Below are positions 1-12,683 of a stretch of DNA of 64,000 bases, one piece after another; positions within the stretch are counted from its first letter, which is position 1; each line of letters starts with the position of its first letter. The translations under genes were made by a program, and so were the position numbers. The stretch is taken from assembly GCF_003334785.1 (NCBI RefSeq), contig NZ_QOWV01000013.1; one strand, written 5' to 3'. Origin of the DNA: Escherichia coli (GTDB lineage: Bacteria > Pseudomonadota > Gammaproteobacteria > Enterobacterales > Enterobacteriaceae). The notes below the pieces were generated by a model. That model worked only from the letters and a program-made list of their open reading frames with translations, was not told the DNA's origin and made no database searches.

Positions 1-90
1 CGTGTCAGTGGTGGCGCATTATAGGGAGTTATTCCGGCCTGACAAGAGGAAATTTAAAATAATTTTCTGACCGCGCAACATTCAACCAAA

Positions 91-948
91 TCAGCCTAAA
101 ACTGCCAGTTTTTCGAGCGTTTCGAAGCCGTAACGCTGTAAAACGGGCAATAATTGTTCAGCTCCTGGCGTCATTGCCATACAAAAGGCAATATTCGCAT
201 CGGCAGATTTTGCATCCGGGGCTTCATGTTCTAACAACCAGGCCGTTCGGCGAGCAATCGCTGCGCCAGAATCCACCAGCCGGGTTCCCTCTGGCAGCAC
301 TTGTAACAGTTCTTCTTGTAGTAGAGGGAAATGGGTGCAACCCAATACAACGGTATCTGGCGGCTCTTTCATTCTTAACCACGGGCGTAGGATACGTTTT
401 AGTGCATCCAGAGAAACATCTTCGCCATGTAGCTTCGCTTCAGCCAACTCAACCATCTCTGCCGAGCCCAGCATTTCTATCTGGCATTCATTAGCGAAAC
501 GCGCGATCAGCTCATGAGTATAAGAACGTTTAACTGTTCCGCGGGTTGCCAGTAATCCGACAATGCCATTTGCCGTCAGACGTGCAGCAGGTTTAATCGC
601 CGGCACGACACCAACAACCGGGAAGTCGAACTTTTCGCGTAATGCAGGAAGTGAAACGGTACTGGCAGTGTTGCAAGCGACCACAGCCAGCGCAAGGGGA
701 TAACGTTCTTGCACCGCGGTGACAATTGCCACCACTCGCTCAACAATAAACGCTTCGCTTTTTTCGCCATACGGGAAAGCGACGTTATCGAAAGCATAAA
801 TGTAATGGAGATCCGGTAAGAGATGCCGGATCTCGTCATAGACCGACAACCCACCGACGCCGGAGTCAAACACCAGCACGGTGGGACGTGGTTCAGAAGG
901 TGTAGCTGCCAGACAAGGTGTATTCCCGTCCTGCAGTTTGGTAGCCAT
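91..948 (-). CDS. murI: Glutamate racemase (285 aa); annotated start is an internal ATG of the 289-aa ORF 91..960
   Basis: ORF translation [33 protein letters not shown] matches MurI; 5' end overlaps the btuB 3' end. Confidence 0.93.
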   Translation of the reverse strand: MATKLQDGNTPCLAATPSEPRPTVLVFDSGVGGLSVYDEIRHLLPDLHYIYAFDNVAFPYGEKSEAFIVERVVAIVTAVQERYPLALAVVACNTASTVSLPALREKFDFPVVGVVPAIKPAARLTANGIVGLLATRGTVKRSYTHELIARFANECQIEMLGSAEMVELAEAKLHGEDVSLDALKRILRPWLRMKEPPDTVVLGCTHFPLLQEELLQVLPEGTRLVDSGAAIARRTAWLLEHEAPDAKSADANIAFCMAMTPGAEQLLPVLQRYGFETLEKLAVLG

Positions 949-2737
949 AGACTGTCTCATAATCTTTGTCGAACAGGTTGGCTATTTTACCACGAACTGT
1001 CAGGTGAGAGGTGACCGGATACGCAACCGCAAGATCCCACAAGCTCACACCGCCCATTTTAACGGTTTGATAAGGATAAGATGAGTAATCCTTATCATAG
1101 CGAGTGCCTAAATACTGATAAGTAATACCCCAGTCGAAGTCATACAACTGCCAGTCGAGCTGGTATTTCACCTGCTGTTTAGCACGGCGTAACAACGGCG
1201 TGTCGGTAATCGCATTGCGCGCATCGACATAATCATAACTCACAGTATGCGTCAGTGGTCCGGTATCAAAATTGGCGGTCGCCTCGACGCCCTTAATCCG
1301 CGCTTTCCCTTCGTTGTAATATTTCAGGGTGTGATCATCATAATCGATCAAGTCACTGACATCGTTACGATATCCGGAAATACGCCAGTTCACCCCAGCG
1401 GTTAAGCCTTCAAACGCGCCTTCCCACTGTTTGCTTTTCTCCGGGTCCAGATTCGGATTTCCGTAGAAGCCATACAGTTGCCCCAGATTTGGTGCCTTAT
1501 AAGATGTCCCGTAGGAAGCAATGAAGCGATAACCTTCGATGAATTCCCAACCGGCGCTGGTTTGCCAGGTTCCATGACGACCAAACTGTGAGTTATCGTC
1601 ACTGCGTGCTGCGCCTTCAAAGGTAAAATCGCCGACTTGTTGCAGCCCGGTCAGATAGATGCCGGTATTACGTTGATCATATCCATCCTCAACATAACCT
1701 GTACCCGGCGTCGTAGTCTGTTTCTGCCAGTCGACACCCGCACCAATACTACCGTGACCAACGATGACATTGTTTGCCCACTGGACGGTGTATTGCTTCA
1801 TCTCATCGAGCGTCGCCGACGAATCATAACGACCATAATGGGGATCGTAGTTGTAATCTTTGCTATGGCTATAGCTGGTAATGAGTTGTGATTTAATCAG
1901 TTCGCCGTTATAGCGCAGCCCGGCGTCCCAACTTTGGCTATAGAGTTTACGGGTATCGAGCAACGGTGAACCGGGAGAATAATACGCGTCATAATTGGTA
2001 CGGTTATCATAGCCATAGCCGCGCACAAAGCCGCTCCAGGCATCAGTAAAGTTATGCTCCAGCGCGCCATAAAGCGTTTTACTTAAAAAACCATCGTTAT
2101 CTGTCTGCGCTTGCGTTCCGGTATTACCATAGGCAACAACATCATAACCATGAGTATGGGCATAATCGCCCAACAGCGTTACCCGTGTCTTATCCCCCAG
2201 TTGTTGCTGCGTAGAGACATCATAGTTCTGATAACTATTGCTTCCCCACCCTGCTGAAATTTCCGTTCCGGGTTCATCGCGCGTCGTGATGATATTCACC
2301 ACCCCGCCTATTGCATCGGAACCATAAACAGCGGAGCGCGGCCCACGGATATATTCAACACGCTGGACAAGCGCAATAGGGAACTGGCTAAGGTCGGCAG
2401 AACCACTCACCCCCGCCAGATTCAGGCGTACGCCATCAATTAACACCAACACATGACTGGCATTTGTACCGCGAATAAAAATAGATGAGAGCTGACCTGA
2501 ACCGCCGTTTTGGGTGATATCGACGCCCGGAAGACGGCGCAGCACATCATTGACCGAGGTCGACTGCCAGCGGTCGATATCCTGACGGGTCACAACGGTG
2601 GTTGGTGCAAGCACAGTGCTGCGCGGCTGTTCAAAACGGTTAGCAGTAACGACGAGAGTATCCGGGCTGGTATCCTGTGCCCAAGCGGAAAATGCCGTGA
2701 CGGAACACGCCGTCAGCAGCGAAGCTTTTTTAATCAT
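893..2737 (-). CDS. btuB: TonB-dependent vitamin B12 outer membrane transporter (614 aa precursor)
   Basis: ORF 893..2782 contains [23 protein letters not shown] signal peptide and C-terminal terminal-Phe beta-barrel (..LSGSYTF); start taken at the MIKK methionine. Confidence 0.95.
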   Translation of the reverse strand: MIKKASLLTACSVTAFSAWAQDTSPDTLVVTANRFEQPRSTVLAPTTVVTRQDIDRWQSTSVNDVLRRLPGVDITQNGGSGQLSSIFIRGTNASHVLVLIDGVRLNLAGVSGSADLSQFPIALVQRVEYIRGPRSAVYGSDAIGGVVNIITTRDEPGTEISAGWGSNSYQNYDVSTQQQLGDKTRVTLLGDYAHTHGYDVVAYGNTGTQAQTDNDGFLSKTLYGALEHNFTDAWSGFVRGYGYDNRTNYDAYYSPGSPLLDTRKLYSQSWDAGLRYNGELIKSQLITSYSHSKDYNYDPHYGRYDSSATLDEMKQYTVQWANNVIVGHGSIGAGVDWQKQTTTPGTGYVEDGYDQRNTGIYLTGLQQVGDFTFEGAARSDDNSQFGRHGTWQTSAGWEFIEGYRFIASYGTSYKAPNLGQLYGFYGNPNLDPEKSKQWEGAFEGLTAGVNWRISGYRNDVSDLIDYDDHTLKYYNEGKARIKGVEATANFDTGPLTHTVSYDYVDARNAITDTPLLRRAKQQVKYQLDWQLYDFDWGITYQYLGTRYDKDYSSYPYQTVKMGGVSLWDLAVAYPVTSHLTVRGKIANLFDKDYETVYGYQTAGREYTLSGSYTF

Positions 2738-2977
2738 TGTAAAGCATCCACAATAGAAGAAGGATGCCGCAGGTTTCATCAATATTACGCGATGATGAGA
2801 ACCAGATGCGACGTTGGCCGGCAGGTCTTCGGGCTTGGAGGGGTATCTAAGATACTAAGAGATGATGACTTCCCACCGAATGGCAGTGTCCGCATAACGC
2901 AATCATCGCACCTTTCCTTACCGCTGCGCGTCAGCTCCAGATTCGCACTGGATTCCCTATTAACTCACAGGACCGGC
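2738..2977 (-). promoter_or_regulatory. btuB 5' leader containing the adenosylcobalamin (B12) riboswitch
   Basis: Minus-strand sequence begins GCCGGUCCUGUGAGUUAAUAGGGAAUCCAGUGCGAAUCUGGAGCUGACGCGCAGCGGUAAGGAAAGGUGCGAUGAUUGCGUUAUGCGGACACUGCCAUUCGGUGGGAAGUCAUCAUCUCUUAG.., which I recognise as the E. coli btuB leader, about 240 nt upstream of the btuB ATG. Confidence 0.85.
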
Positions 2978-3105
2978 AAGTGGATGCTACAGGTTGTAAC
3001 AAGTTACTGTCCAGACGTAGCTCACAAATAGGAATTCATCAAGATCTGGACATCTGATGAGCAATCCCTACAATCGCCGCGTACTTTAATTTTTCAGGAT
3101 ACATC

Positions 3106-4206
3106 ATGACCCCCGAACACCTTCCAACAGAACAGTATGAAGCGCAGTTAGCCGAAAAAGTGGTACGTTTGCAAAGTATGATGGCACCGTTTTCTGACCT
3201 GGTTCCGGAAGTGTTTCGCTCGCCGGTCAGTCATTACCGGATGCGCGCGGAGTTCCGCATCTGGCACGATGGCGATGACCTGTATCACATCATTTTCGAT
3301 CAACAAACCAAAAGCCGCATCCGCGTGGATAGCTTCCCCGCCGCCAGTGAACTTATCAACCAGTTGATGACGGCGATGATTGCGGGTGTGCGTAATAATC
3401 CCGTTCTGCGCCACAAGTTGTTCCAGATTGATTACCTCACTACGCTGAGTAATCAGGCGGTGGTTTCCCTGCTATACCATAAGAAGCTGGATGATGAGTG
3501 GCGTCAGGAAGCGGAGGCCCTGCGCGATGCACTGCGCGCGCAGAATCTGAATGTGCATCTGATTGGTCGGGCAACGAAAACCAAAATCGAGCTGGATCAG
3601 GATTACATCGATGAACGTCTGCCGGTCGCAGGGAAAGAGATGATCTACCGTCAGGTAGAAAACAGCTTTACCCAGCCGAACGCGGCGATGAATATTCAGA
3701 TGCTGGAATGGGCGCTGGACGTAACCAAAGGCTCAAAAGGCGATTTACTGGAGCTGTACTGCGGCAACGGTAACTTTTCATTAGCGCTGGCGCGTAATTT
3801 TGATCGGGTATTAGCCACCGAAATCGCTAAGCCGTCGGTTGCTGCTGCGCAATACAACATCGCAGCTAACCATATTGATAACGTACAAATTATTCGTATG
3901 GCGGCAGAAGAATTTACTCAGGCGATGAATGGTGTGCGCGAGTTTAACCGCCTGCAAGGGATCGACTTAAAGAGTTATCAGTGCGAAACCATTTTTGTCG
4001 ACCCACCGCGCAGCGGTCTGGACAGTGAAACCGAGAAAATGGTGCAGGCGTATCCGCGTATTTTGTACATCTCCTGTAACCCGGAAACGTTATGCAAGAA
4101 TCTGGAAACATTAAGCCAGACGCACAAGGTCGAACGTCTGGCTCTGTTTGATCAGTTCCCCTACACGCACCATATGGAGTGCGGCGTATTACTGACCGCG
4201 AAGTAA
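3106..4206 (+). CDS. trmA: tRNA (uracil54-C5)-methyltransferase (366 aa)
   Basis: ORF translation [32 protein letters not shown]..; divergent from btuB as in K-12. Confidence 0.95.
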
Positions 4207-4215
4207 AACCCATGC

Positions 4216-4237
4216 CGGATGCGCTAGCATCCGGCAT
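4216..4237. terminator. Perfect palindrome gccggatgcgctagcatccggc between convergent trmA and yijD; likely bidirectional terminator hairpin
   Basis: 22-nt inverted repeat seen directly in the 39-bp trmA/yijD gap. Confidence 0.5.
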
Positions 4238-4245
4238 AATACCGA

Positions 4246-4605
4246 TTACTCAGCAACTTCCTGCTTACGGTTACGCATCTTCGCGCCAATCCAGAACACC
4301 ATAATGACGGAGAGTACTGCCGGGAAGAAGTTAGAGCCGATATCCGGATATTCCGCACGAACTACCGTGCTGTACAGCAGTACGCCGAGAATAAAACAGG
4401 CAGCTGCCAGACCCGGCAAGCCTACCGGCATAGTGCGATTAAGATAACGTTGATGCAGGCAGTAAACCGTCAGCACCAGGGAAATAATCGGGAATACAGA
4501 AAATGGCACAATGGAGCTAAACAGCGCTGCGAAAGTACCATTAATCGATAAGCCAGCAACTAACGCCAGCAGCAGCGTACCTCTATCTTGATTTGCTTGT
4601 TTCAT
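4246..4605 (-). CDS. yijD: Inner membrane protein YijD (119 aa, DUF1422)
   Basis: 119-aa hydrophobic ORF immediately downstream of fabR with 1-nt overlap, as in K-12. Confidence 0.85.
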
Positions 4606-5252
4606 TACTCGTCCTTCACATTTCCCGGAATAATTGCGGTTTTCTCTTGTTCACGGCGATACCAGTAATAAGCCCCTTTCGAAATCATTCGCAGTTGCAG
4701 TACCAGTCGCTCTTCTAATTGCCGACGTTGTTCGACGCCGACGTCCAACGCCTCGGCACCCGCACTGAAGACAATTGTCACCATTGCTTCGGCTTGCGCT
4801 TCAGTAAACGCACGCGGCATATGGTTTTCGAGTTCCAGATAGTCCGCAAGTTCCGCAATGAAGTGCTGAATTTCACGCGCAACGGCGGCACGAAACGCAG
4901 CGGAGGTGCCGGAGCGTTCCCGCAATAATAACCGGAAGGCGTTAGGATTATTACCGATGAACTCCATAAATGTGGAGACCGAGGTGCGGATCACACTCCC
5001 GCCTTTGGCGATACGCTGACGCGCCTGGCGCATGAGTTGGCGTAGCATTAAACCGCTCTCATCAACCATGGTCAGACCCAGTTCGTCTACGTCGCGGAAA
5101 TGCCGATAAAAAGAGGTGGGAGCAATGCCCGCTTCACGCGCCACTTCACGCAAACTCAGGCTGGCGAAGCTGCGTTCAGCACTTAATTGGCTAAATGCGG
5201 CTTCCACCAGCGAACGGCGGGTTTTTTCTTTTTGTTGCGCTCTTACGCCCAT
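4605..5252 (-). CDS. fabR: TetR-family repressor of unsaturated fatty acid biosynthesis (215 aa; longer 234/247-aa in-frame starts exist upstream)
   Basis: ORF contains [52 protein letters not shown] (TetR HTH). Confidence 0.88.
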
Positions 5253-5585
5253 CACGATGTCTGAATCCTTGCCAAAAGTACTGCTGGCACTATACCAGAG
5301 AATGAACATACTGGATTGCTCCAGTATTGTGAATGAACGGTAACGCAATAAAACATATTTACTGCAATTCTTTGGCCGGTTCTTTTACGTACAGCGGAAA
5401 CCTGCCGCTTAAACGGAGAGTATCGTCGATAAAAATCCAATAAAACGTCAGGGCAAAAGTAAGAAACAGACAAAGCAAAGGCCGCTCAGGATATAGCCAG
5501 ATAAATGACGGGGATCAATTGGCTTACCCGCGATAAAATGTTACCATTCTGTTGCTTTTATGTATAAGAACAGGTAAGCCCTACC

Positions 5586-6986
5586 ATGCCACATTCCTAC
5601 GATTACGATGCCATAGTAATAGGTTCCGGCCCCGGCGGCGAAGGCGCTGCAATGGGCCTGGTTAAGCAAGGTGCGCGCGTCGCAGTTATCGAGCGTTATC
5701 AAAATGTTGGCGGCGGTTGCACCCACTGGGGCACCATCCCGTCGAAAGCTCTCCGTCACGCCGTCAGCCGCATTATAGAATTCAATCAAAACCCACTTTA
5801 CAGCGACCATTCCCGACTGCTCCGCTCTTCTTTTGCCGATATCCTTAACCATGCCGATAACGTGATTAATCAACAAACGCGCATGCGTCAGGGATTTTAC
5901 GAACGTAATCACTGTGAAATATTGCAGGGAAACGCTCGCTTTGTTGACGAGCATACGTTGGCGCTGGATTGCCCGGACGGCAGCGTTGAAACACTAACCG
6001 CTGAAAAATTTGTTATTGCCTGCGGCTCTCGTCCATATCATCCAACAGATGTTGATTTCACCCATCCACGCATTTACGACAGCGACTCAATTCTCAGCAT
6101 GCACCACGAACCGCGCCATGTACTTATCTATGGTGCTGGAGTGATCGGCTGTGAATATGCGTCGATCTTCCGCGGTATGGATGTAAAAGTGGATCTGATC
6201 AACACCCGCGATCGCCTGCTGGCATTTCTCGATCAAGAGATGTCAGATTCTCTCTCCTATCACTTCTGGAACAGTGGCGTAGTGATTCGTCACAACGAAG
6301 AGTACGAGAAGATCGAAGGCTGTGACGATGGTGTGATCATGCATCTGAAGTCGGGTAAAAAACTGAAAGCTGACTGCCTGCTCTATGCCAACGGTCGCAC
6401 CGGTAATACCGATTCGCTGGCGTTACAGAACATTGGGCTAGAAACTGACAGCCGCGGACAGCTGAAGGTCAACAGCATGTATCAGACCGCACAGCCACAC
6501 GTTTACGCGGTGGGCGACGTGATTGGTTATCCGAGCCTGGCGTCGGCGGCCTATGACCAGGGGCGCATTGCCGCGCAGGCGCTGGTAAAAGGCGAAGCCA
6601 CCGCACATCTGATTGAAGATATCCCTACCGGTATTTACACCATCCCGGAAATCAGCTCTGTGGGCAAAACCGAACAGCAGCTGACCGCAATGAAAGTGCC
6701 ATATGAAGTGGGCCGCGCCCAGTTTAAACATCTGGCACGCGCACAAATCGTCGGCATGAACGTGGGCACGCTGAAAATTTTGTTCCATCGGGAAACAAAA
6801 GAGATTCTGGGTATTCACTGCTTTGGCGAGCGCGCTGCCGAAATTATTCATATCGGTCAGGCGATTATGGAACAGAAAGGTGGCGGCAACACTATTGAGT
6901 ACTTCGTCAACACCACCTTTAACTACCCGACGATGGCGGAAGCCTATCGGGTAGCTGCGTTAAACGGTTTAAACCGCCTGTTTTAA
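5586..6986 (+). CDS. sthA: Soluble pyridine nucleotide transhydrogenase (466 aa)
   Basis: [25 protein letters not shown].. FAD/NAD Rossmann motif, 466 aa; 3' end overlaps oxyR 3' end by 18 nt. Confidence 0.95.
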
Positions 6987-7886
6987 AACTTTATCGAAAT
7001 GGCCATCCATTCTTGCGCGGATGGCCTCTGCCAGCTGCTCATAGCGGCTGCGCAGCGGTGAGCCAGGACGATAAACCAGGCCAATAGTGCGGCGTGGTTC
7101 CGGCTTAATGCACGGCAGATAAACAACCCCATCGCGTTTGCGCTCCGGCGGCACAGCCAGCGCTGGCAGTAAAGTGATCCCGCTACCTGCCGCCACCATG
7201 TTGCGCAGAGTTTCCAGGCTGGTCGCGCGGAAGTGTGTATCTTCATCCGCCCCGGCTTCAAAACAGAAACCCATTGCCTGATCGCGCAAACAGTGACCAT
7301 CTTCCAGCATCAGCAGTTTTTCCCCTGCCAGATCGGCCATCGGTACGCATTCGCGGTTCGCCCACGGGTGATCTTCATAGATAGCCAGCAACATTGGCTC
7401 ATCAAACAACGGCACTTCAATGAATGCTTCGCTCTCTTTCACCAGCGCGAGGATCACGCAATCGAGTTTGCCGCTGTCCAGTTGCGCCAGTAACTGGTGG
7501 GTCTGTGCTTCATGCAGATACATTTCCAGCTTTGGAAAGGTCTGGTGCAGCATAGGGATAATATGCGGTAGCAGGTACGGTCCAACTGTGGGAATCAAAC
7601 CAATGTGCAGCGGTCCGGACATCGTCTCGCCCTGCTGGCTTGCCATCTCTTTAAGGACTTTCACCTCACGCAGCACGGTACGCGCCTGATCCACCAGCAG
7701 CATTCCCGCCTGGGTGAACAACACTTTACGGCTGGTCCGCTCCAGCAACATCACGCCCAGCTCATCTTCCAGCTTACGAATTTGCCCGCTAAGCGTCGGC
7801 TGGCTAACGTGGCAGGAATCTGCCGCACGCCGAAAATGGCGGTGTTCAGCCAATGCCACCAGGTACTCAAGATCACGAATATTCAT
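6969..7886 (-). CDS. oxyR: LysR-family hydrogen peroxide-responsive regulator OxyR (305 aa)
   Basis: ORF contains [44 protein letters not shown]; annotated start internal to the 315-aa ORF. Confidence 0.95.
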   Translation of the reverse strand: MNIRDLEYLVALAEHRHFRRAADSCHVSQPTLSGQIRKLEDELGVMLLERTSRKVLFTQAGMLLVDQARTVLREVKVLKEMASQQGETMSGPLHIGLIPTVGPYLLPHIIPMLHQTFPKLEMYLHEAQTHQLLAQLDSGKLDCVILALVKESEAFIEVPLFDEPMLLAIYEDHPWANRECVPMADLAGEKLLMLEDGHCLRDQAMGFCFEAGADEDTHFRATSLETLRNMVAAGSGITLLPALAVPPERKRDGVVYLPCIKPEPRRTIGLVYRPGSPLRSRYEQLAEAIRARMDGHFDKVLKQAV

Positions 7887-7981
7887 TATCCATCCTCCAT
7901 CGCCACGATAGTTCATGGCGATAGGTAGAATAGCAATGAACGATTATCCCTATCAAGCATTCTGACTGATAATTGCTCACA

Positions 7982-8094
7982 GAAACGGAGCGGCACCTCT
8001 TTTAACCCTTGAAGTCACTGCCCGTTTCGAGAGTTTCTCAACTCGAATAACTAAAGCCAACGTGAACTTTTGCGGATCTCCAGGATCCGCTTTT
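7982..8094 (+). ncRNA. oxyS: OxyS small regulatory RNA (about 109 nt) with intrinsic terminator
   Basis: Sequence GAAACGGAGCGGCACCTCTTTTAACCCTTGAAGTCACTGCCCGTTTCGAGAGTTTCTCAACTCGAATAACTAAAGCCAACGTGAACTTTTGCGGATCTCCAGGATCCGC followed by a T8 run; divergent from oxyR. Confidence 0.9.
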
Positions 8095-8152
8095 TTTTGC
8101 CATAAAAAAGCCCGGCGATAAGCCAGGCTCAAATTTATACATATAAATGTTC

Positions 8153-9526
8153 TTACCCTAACCGAGCCTGCGCAAAAGCAATCGCCTGCGCCACCTGCTG
8201 CGGTGAGACGCCGCCTTTTGCCGCACGCTTGTCGAGGCACGATTGCAGCGACAGAATCGGATAGACATCTTCGTCAATCACCTGACTGAATTTCTGCAAC
8301 TCACTGAGCGGCAGATCTTCCAGCGGTTTGCCCTGACGAATGGCTTCCACCACCGCTTCACCAACAATATGGTGCGCCTCGCGGAACGGTACGCCTTTCG
8401 CCACCAGATAATCCGCCAGTTCGGTGGCGTTGGCGTAACCCTGCTGAGCCGCTTCCTGGCAACGTGGACGTTTCACCTGAATGCCGTCCAGCACCAGCGC
8501 CGCCATATGCAGGCAGTCCAGCCAGGTATCGAGCGCGTCGAACAGACCTTCTTTGTCTTCCTGCATATCTTTGTTGTAAGCCAGCGGCAAACCTTTCAGC
8601 GTCATCATCATGCCGGTTAACGCCCCCTGCACCCGGCCGCATTTACCGCGAATCAGCTCCAGCGCATCCGGGTTTTTCTTCTGCGGCATTAATGATGAAC
8701 CGGAAGTCACGCGGTCAGAAAGCTCCACAAACCCCGCTTCGCCGGTGTTAAAGAAAATCAGATCTTCAGCAAAACGCGACAGATGCACCATGCCGATAGC
8801 GGCAGCAGAAAGCAGTTCCAACACATGGTCACGGTCAGAAACGCTGTCGAGACTGTTACGGGTCGCCGAAGCAAAGCCCAGCCAGCCTGCTAACTGTTCA
8901 CGGTCGATTTCATAGGCCGTTCCCGCCAGCGCGCCACAGCCTAGCGGGCTGACATCCAGACGCTTAAGCGCATCCTGCAAACGGCTTTCATCACGCGCCA
9001 GCATCTCAACATAGGCCAGGCACCAGTGCGCGAACGTCACCGGCTGGGCGCGTTGCAGGTGAGTGTAACCTGGCATTACCGCGTCCTGATTGTTTTGTGC
9101 GGTTTCCACCAGCGCCGATTGCAGCTGCCGGTTAGCCGTCAGTAACTCGCTAACGGTATCTTTGCACCACAGTTTCAGGTCAGTCGCTACCTGATCATTA
9201 CGGCTACGCCCGGTATGCAGCTTTTTGCCTAACTGGCCCACTTTGTCGATCAGTTTGCCTTCCACCCAGCTATGGATATCTTCGGCGTCGCTTTCAAGGA
9301 TTTGTTGTGGCCTGGCGCGAACATCTTCCAGCAACACGTTCAGCGCCTCTTCCAGTTGCGCCTGCTCTTCTGCGGTTAACACGCCTACCGTGACCAGGGC
9401 TTTGGACCAGGCCACAGAGCCAACAATATCCTGCTCCGCCAGACGGTAATCAAAGCGCAGTGAGTCGTTGAATTGTTTGAACCGTTGATCTGCTGCCTGG
9501 GTAAAACGCCCGCCCCAAAGTGCCAT
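8153..9526 (-). CDS. argH: Argininosuccinate lyase (457 aa)
   Basis: [37 protein letters not shown].., 457 aa; last gene of argCBH. Confidence 0.95.
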
Positions 9527-9586
9527 AACTCTGTTTCCTTATTTTGAAATTCAATGCCGGAAAGCTGCGCCTCCGGCCAACAAAAC

Positions 9587-10363
9587 TTAAGCTAAAATCC
9601 GCGTACCCATCGGCATACCGTTAAACAGTGCCGGAAGCTGCTCCGCATGACGCCAGGAGGCGATATCTACCGGACGGCCCAGCGTGCGGGCCGCATCCAG
9701 CGCCGCGTTCACTTTCACTATCATGCCGTCAGTAATAATGCCCTGCTCAATCAGTTGTTCTGCTTTCGCGGCGGTCATTTCGGCAATGCGTTGCCCTTTG
9801 CCGTCGAGAATGCCGCTGACGTCGGAGAGCAAAATCAGATCCGCGCCCAGCGTTGCCGCCAGCGCCGTTGCCGCCTGGTCGGCATTGACGTTCATCAGTT
9901 GCCCTTCGTCTGTTACGCCAATGGAGCTGACCACCGGCAGATAACCGTTCTCCAGCAAGGAGTTGATAAGCTTAGGCGAACCTGGCTGCGCCAGTCCAAC
10001 ATGACCTAACTCTTCATCAAGCTGGGTCACTTTGACGCTGTCGCCGTCACCGAGAAACAAACCTACGGCCGCAATCTGATGTTTCTTCGCCCATGCCAAC
10101 AGGGTTTTATTTGCCGTTCCCGCCAGTGCTCCGGTGATAATGTCTATCTGATCAGCAGGCGTCACCCGCAGGCCGTTTTTCTTTTTCACCGGCAGATTCA
10201 GCCCTTTCATCAGCTCATCCACCACGCAACCGCCGCCGTGCACAATCACCAGCGGACGCTGATGTGACTCACGATAATTCACCAGTGCGCTAAACAGACG
10301 TTCCAGCGCCTCTTCACTATCCAGCAGTACGCCGCCCAGTTTGATAATTAATGGATTCATCAT
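9587..10363 (-). CDS. argB: Acetylglutamate kinase (258 aa)
   Basis: ORF contains [24 protein letters not shown]..; annotated start internal to the 269-aa ORF. Confidence 0.93.
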
Positions 10364-10370
10364 TGCACCC

Positions 10371-11375
10371 TTAAATAAGAGACTGCGTTTCCGCATAGCC
10401 GAAACGAATATTGGCGCACTGTACCGCTTGTGCCGCCGCGCCTTTCAGTAAGTTGTCTTCGGTCGCCACAATAATCAGATGCTCGCCCTGAACGGCAAAC
10501 CCGATATCGCAAAATGGCAGCCCAACGACATTTTTCAGCGCCGGAACGCCTTTGTCATACAGCCGCACCAGCGGTTTATGGGCATACGCCTGCTGTAACA
10601 CTTGCGCGACTTGCGCCTGGGTCACACCCGATTTCAGGCGGCAGGTAATGGTTTCGAGAATGCCGCGCGGGAAATTGCCCAGATGTGGGGTGAAGATAAC
10701 GTCAGCACCGAGGTGTGTGGCGATCTCTGGTTGATGGCGATGAGTAAAGACGCCATACGGTTGCAGGCTAACTTCACAAAAGCTGTTTGAAATGGCCGCT
10801 TTACGCCCTGCACCGCTCACGCCGCTGGTGGCGTTGATCACCGGCCACTGATTGAGGTCAAGAAGATCGGCATCAATCAACGGTTTCAGCGCCAGCTGTG
10901 CCGCCGTCGGATAACAGCCCGGCACCGCAATCAAATTCGCTTCTTTTAATTTATTACCGCACCACTCCGCCAGACCGTAGGCTGCCTGTTCCAACAGTTC
11001 CGGGTATTGATGGGTAAAGCCGTAATATTTTTCATAGAAGGTGGCGTCGTTAACACGAAACGCGCCGGAAAGGTCGAACACCACGCAGCCCGCTTCAAGA
11101 AACTGCGGCGCTAAATCGTGGCTAACTTCATGGGCGGTGGCGAGAAACACTACGTCCACCCCTGGGCTAAACTCGCTGATATCCGACATCGGCTGCAACG
11201 GCAGATCAACGATGCCTTTTAGCTGCGGATGCAAATCGGAGATTAACTTTCCCGCATCATTGCTTTGCGCTGAAACAGTCAAAGCGGTTATGTTCATATG
11301 CGGATGGCGATTTACATAGGTCACTAGCTCTGCGCCAGCGTAGCCGCTGGCACCCACAATCAGCGTATTCAACAT
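10371..11375 (-). CDS. argC: N-acetyl-gamma-glutamyl-phosphate reductase (334 aa)
   Basis: [43 protein letters not shown].., 334 aa. Confidence 0.95.
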
Positions 11376-11465
11376 CGGGGCTATTCACCTTCTTATGTCT
11401 GGTTGCCAGGTTAAACGTAAAACATTCACCTTACGGCTGGTGGGTTTTATTACGCTCAACGTTAG

Positions 11466-11505
11466 TGTATTTTTATTCATAAATACTGCATGAATATTGA
11501 TACTA
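11466..11505. promoter_or_regulatory. argE/argCBH divergent control region with paired ArgR operator (ARG boxes)
   Basis: tgtatttttattcataaatactgcatgaatattgatac: two adjacent AT-rich TNTGAAT..ATTCA-like half-site palindromes between the divergent argE and argC starts. Confidence 0.6.
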
Positions 11506-11528
11506 TCATGACCAGAGGTGTGTCAACA

Positions 11529-12680
11529 ATGAAAAACAAATTACCGCCATTTATCGAGATTTACCGCGCTCTGATTGCCACACCTTCAATAAGCGCCACG
11601 GAAGAGGCACTCGATCAAAGCAATGCAGATTTAATCACTCTGCTGGCGGACTGGTTTAAAGATTTGGGCTTCAATGTGGAAGTGCAGCCTGTTCCAGGAA
11701 CTCGCAACAAATTCAATATGCTGGCAAGTATCGGACAGGGGGCTGGCGGCTTGTTGCTGGCGGGGCATACCGATACGGTGCCATTTGATGACGGTCGCTG
11801 GACGCGCGATCCGTTTACACTGACGGAGCATGACGGCAAGCTTTACGGCTTAGGCACCGCCGACATGAAAGGCTTTTTTGCGTTTATCCTTGATGCGCTA
11901 CGCGATGTCGACGTCACGAAACTGAAAAAACCGCTCTACATTCTGGCGACTGCTGATGAAGAAACCAGTATGGCCGGAGCGCGTTATTTTGCCGAAACTA
12001 CCGCCCTGCGCCCGGATTGCGCCATCATTGGCGAACCGACGTCACTACAACCGGTACGCGCACATAAAGGTCATATCTCTAACGCCATCCGTATTCAGGG
12101 CCAGTCGGGGCACTCCAGCGATCCAGCACGCGGAGTTAACGCTATCGAACTAATGCACGACGCCATCGGGCATATTTTGCAATTGCGCGATAACCTGAAA
12201 GAACGTTATCACTACGAAGCGTTTACCGTGCCATACCCTACGCTCAACCTCGGGCATATTCACGGTGGCGACGCTTCTAACCGTATTTGCGCTTGCTGTG
12301 AGTTGCATATGGATATTCGTCCGCTGCCTGGCATGACACTCAATGAACTTAATGGTTTGCTCAACGATGCATTGGCTCCGGTGAGCGAACGCTGGCCGGG
12401 TCGTCTGACGGTCGACGAGCTGCATCCGCCGATCCCTGGCTATGAATGCCCACCGAATCATCAACTGGTTGAAGTGGTTGAGAAATTGCTCGGAGCAAAA
12501 ACCGAAGTGGTGAACTACTGTACCGAAGCGCCGTTTATTCAAACGTTATGCCCGACGCTGGTGTTGGGGCCTGGCTCAATTAATCAGGCTCATCAACCTG
12601 ATGAATATCTGGAAACACGGTTTATCAAGCCCACCCGCGAACTGATAACCCAGGTAATTCACCATTTTTGCTGGCATTAA
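11529..12680 (+). CDS. argE: Acetylornithine deacetylase (383 aa)
   Basis: ORF contains [48 protein letters not shown]; M20 peptidase family. Confidence 0.93.
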
Positions 12681-12683
12681 AAC

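Noticed and set aside
2510-3031. 173-aa plus-strand ORF across the btuB start and leader
   Set aside because: Antisense to the btuB 5' coding region and the B12 riboswitch; the region is explained by the btuB leader and trmA promoter.
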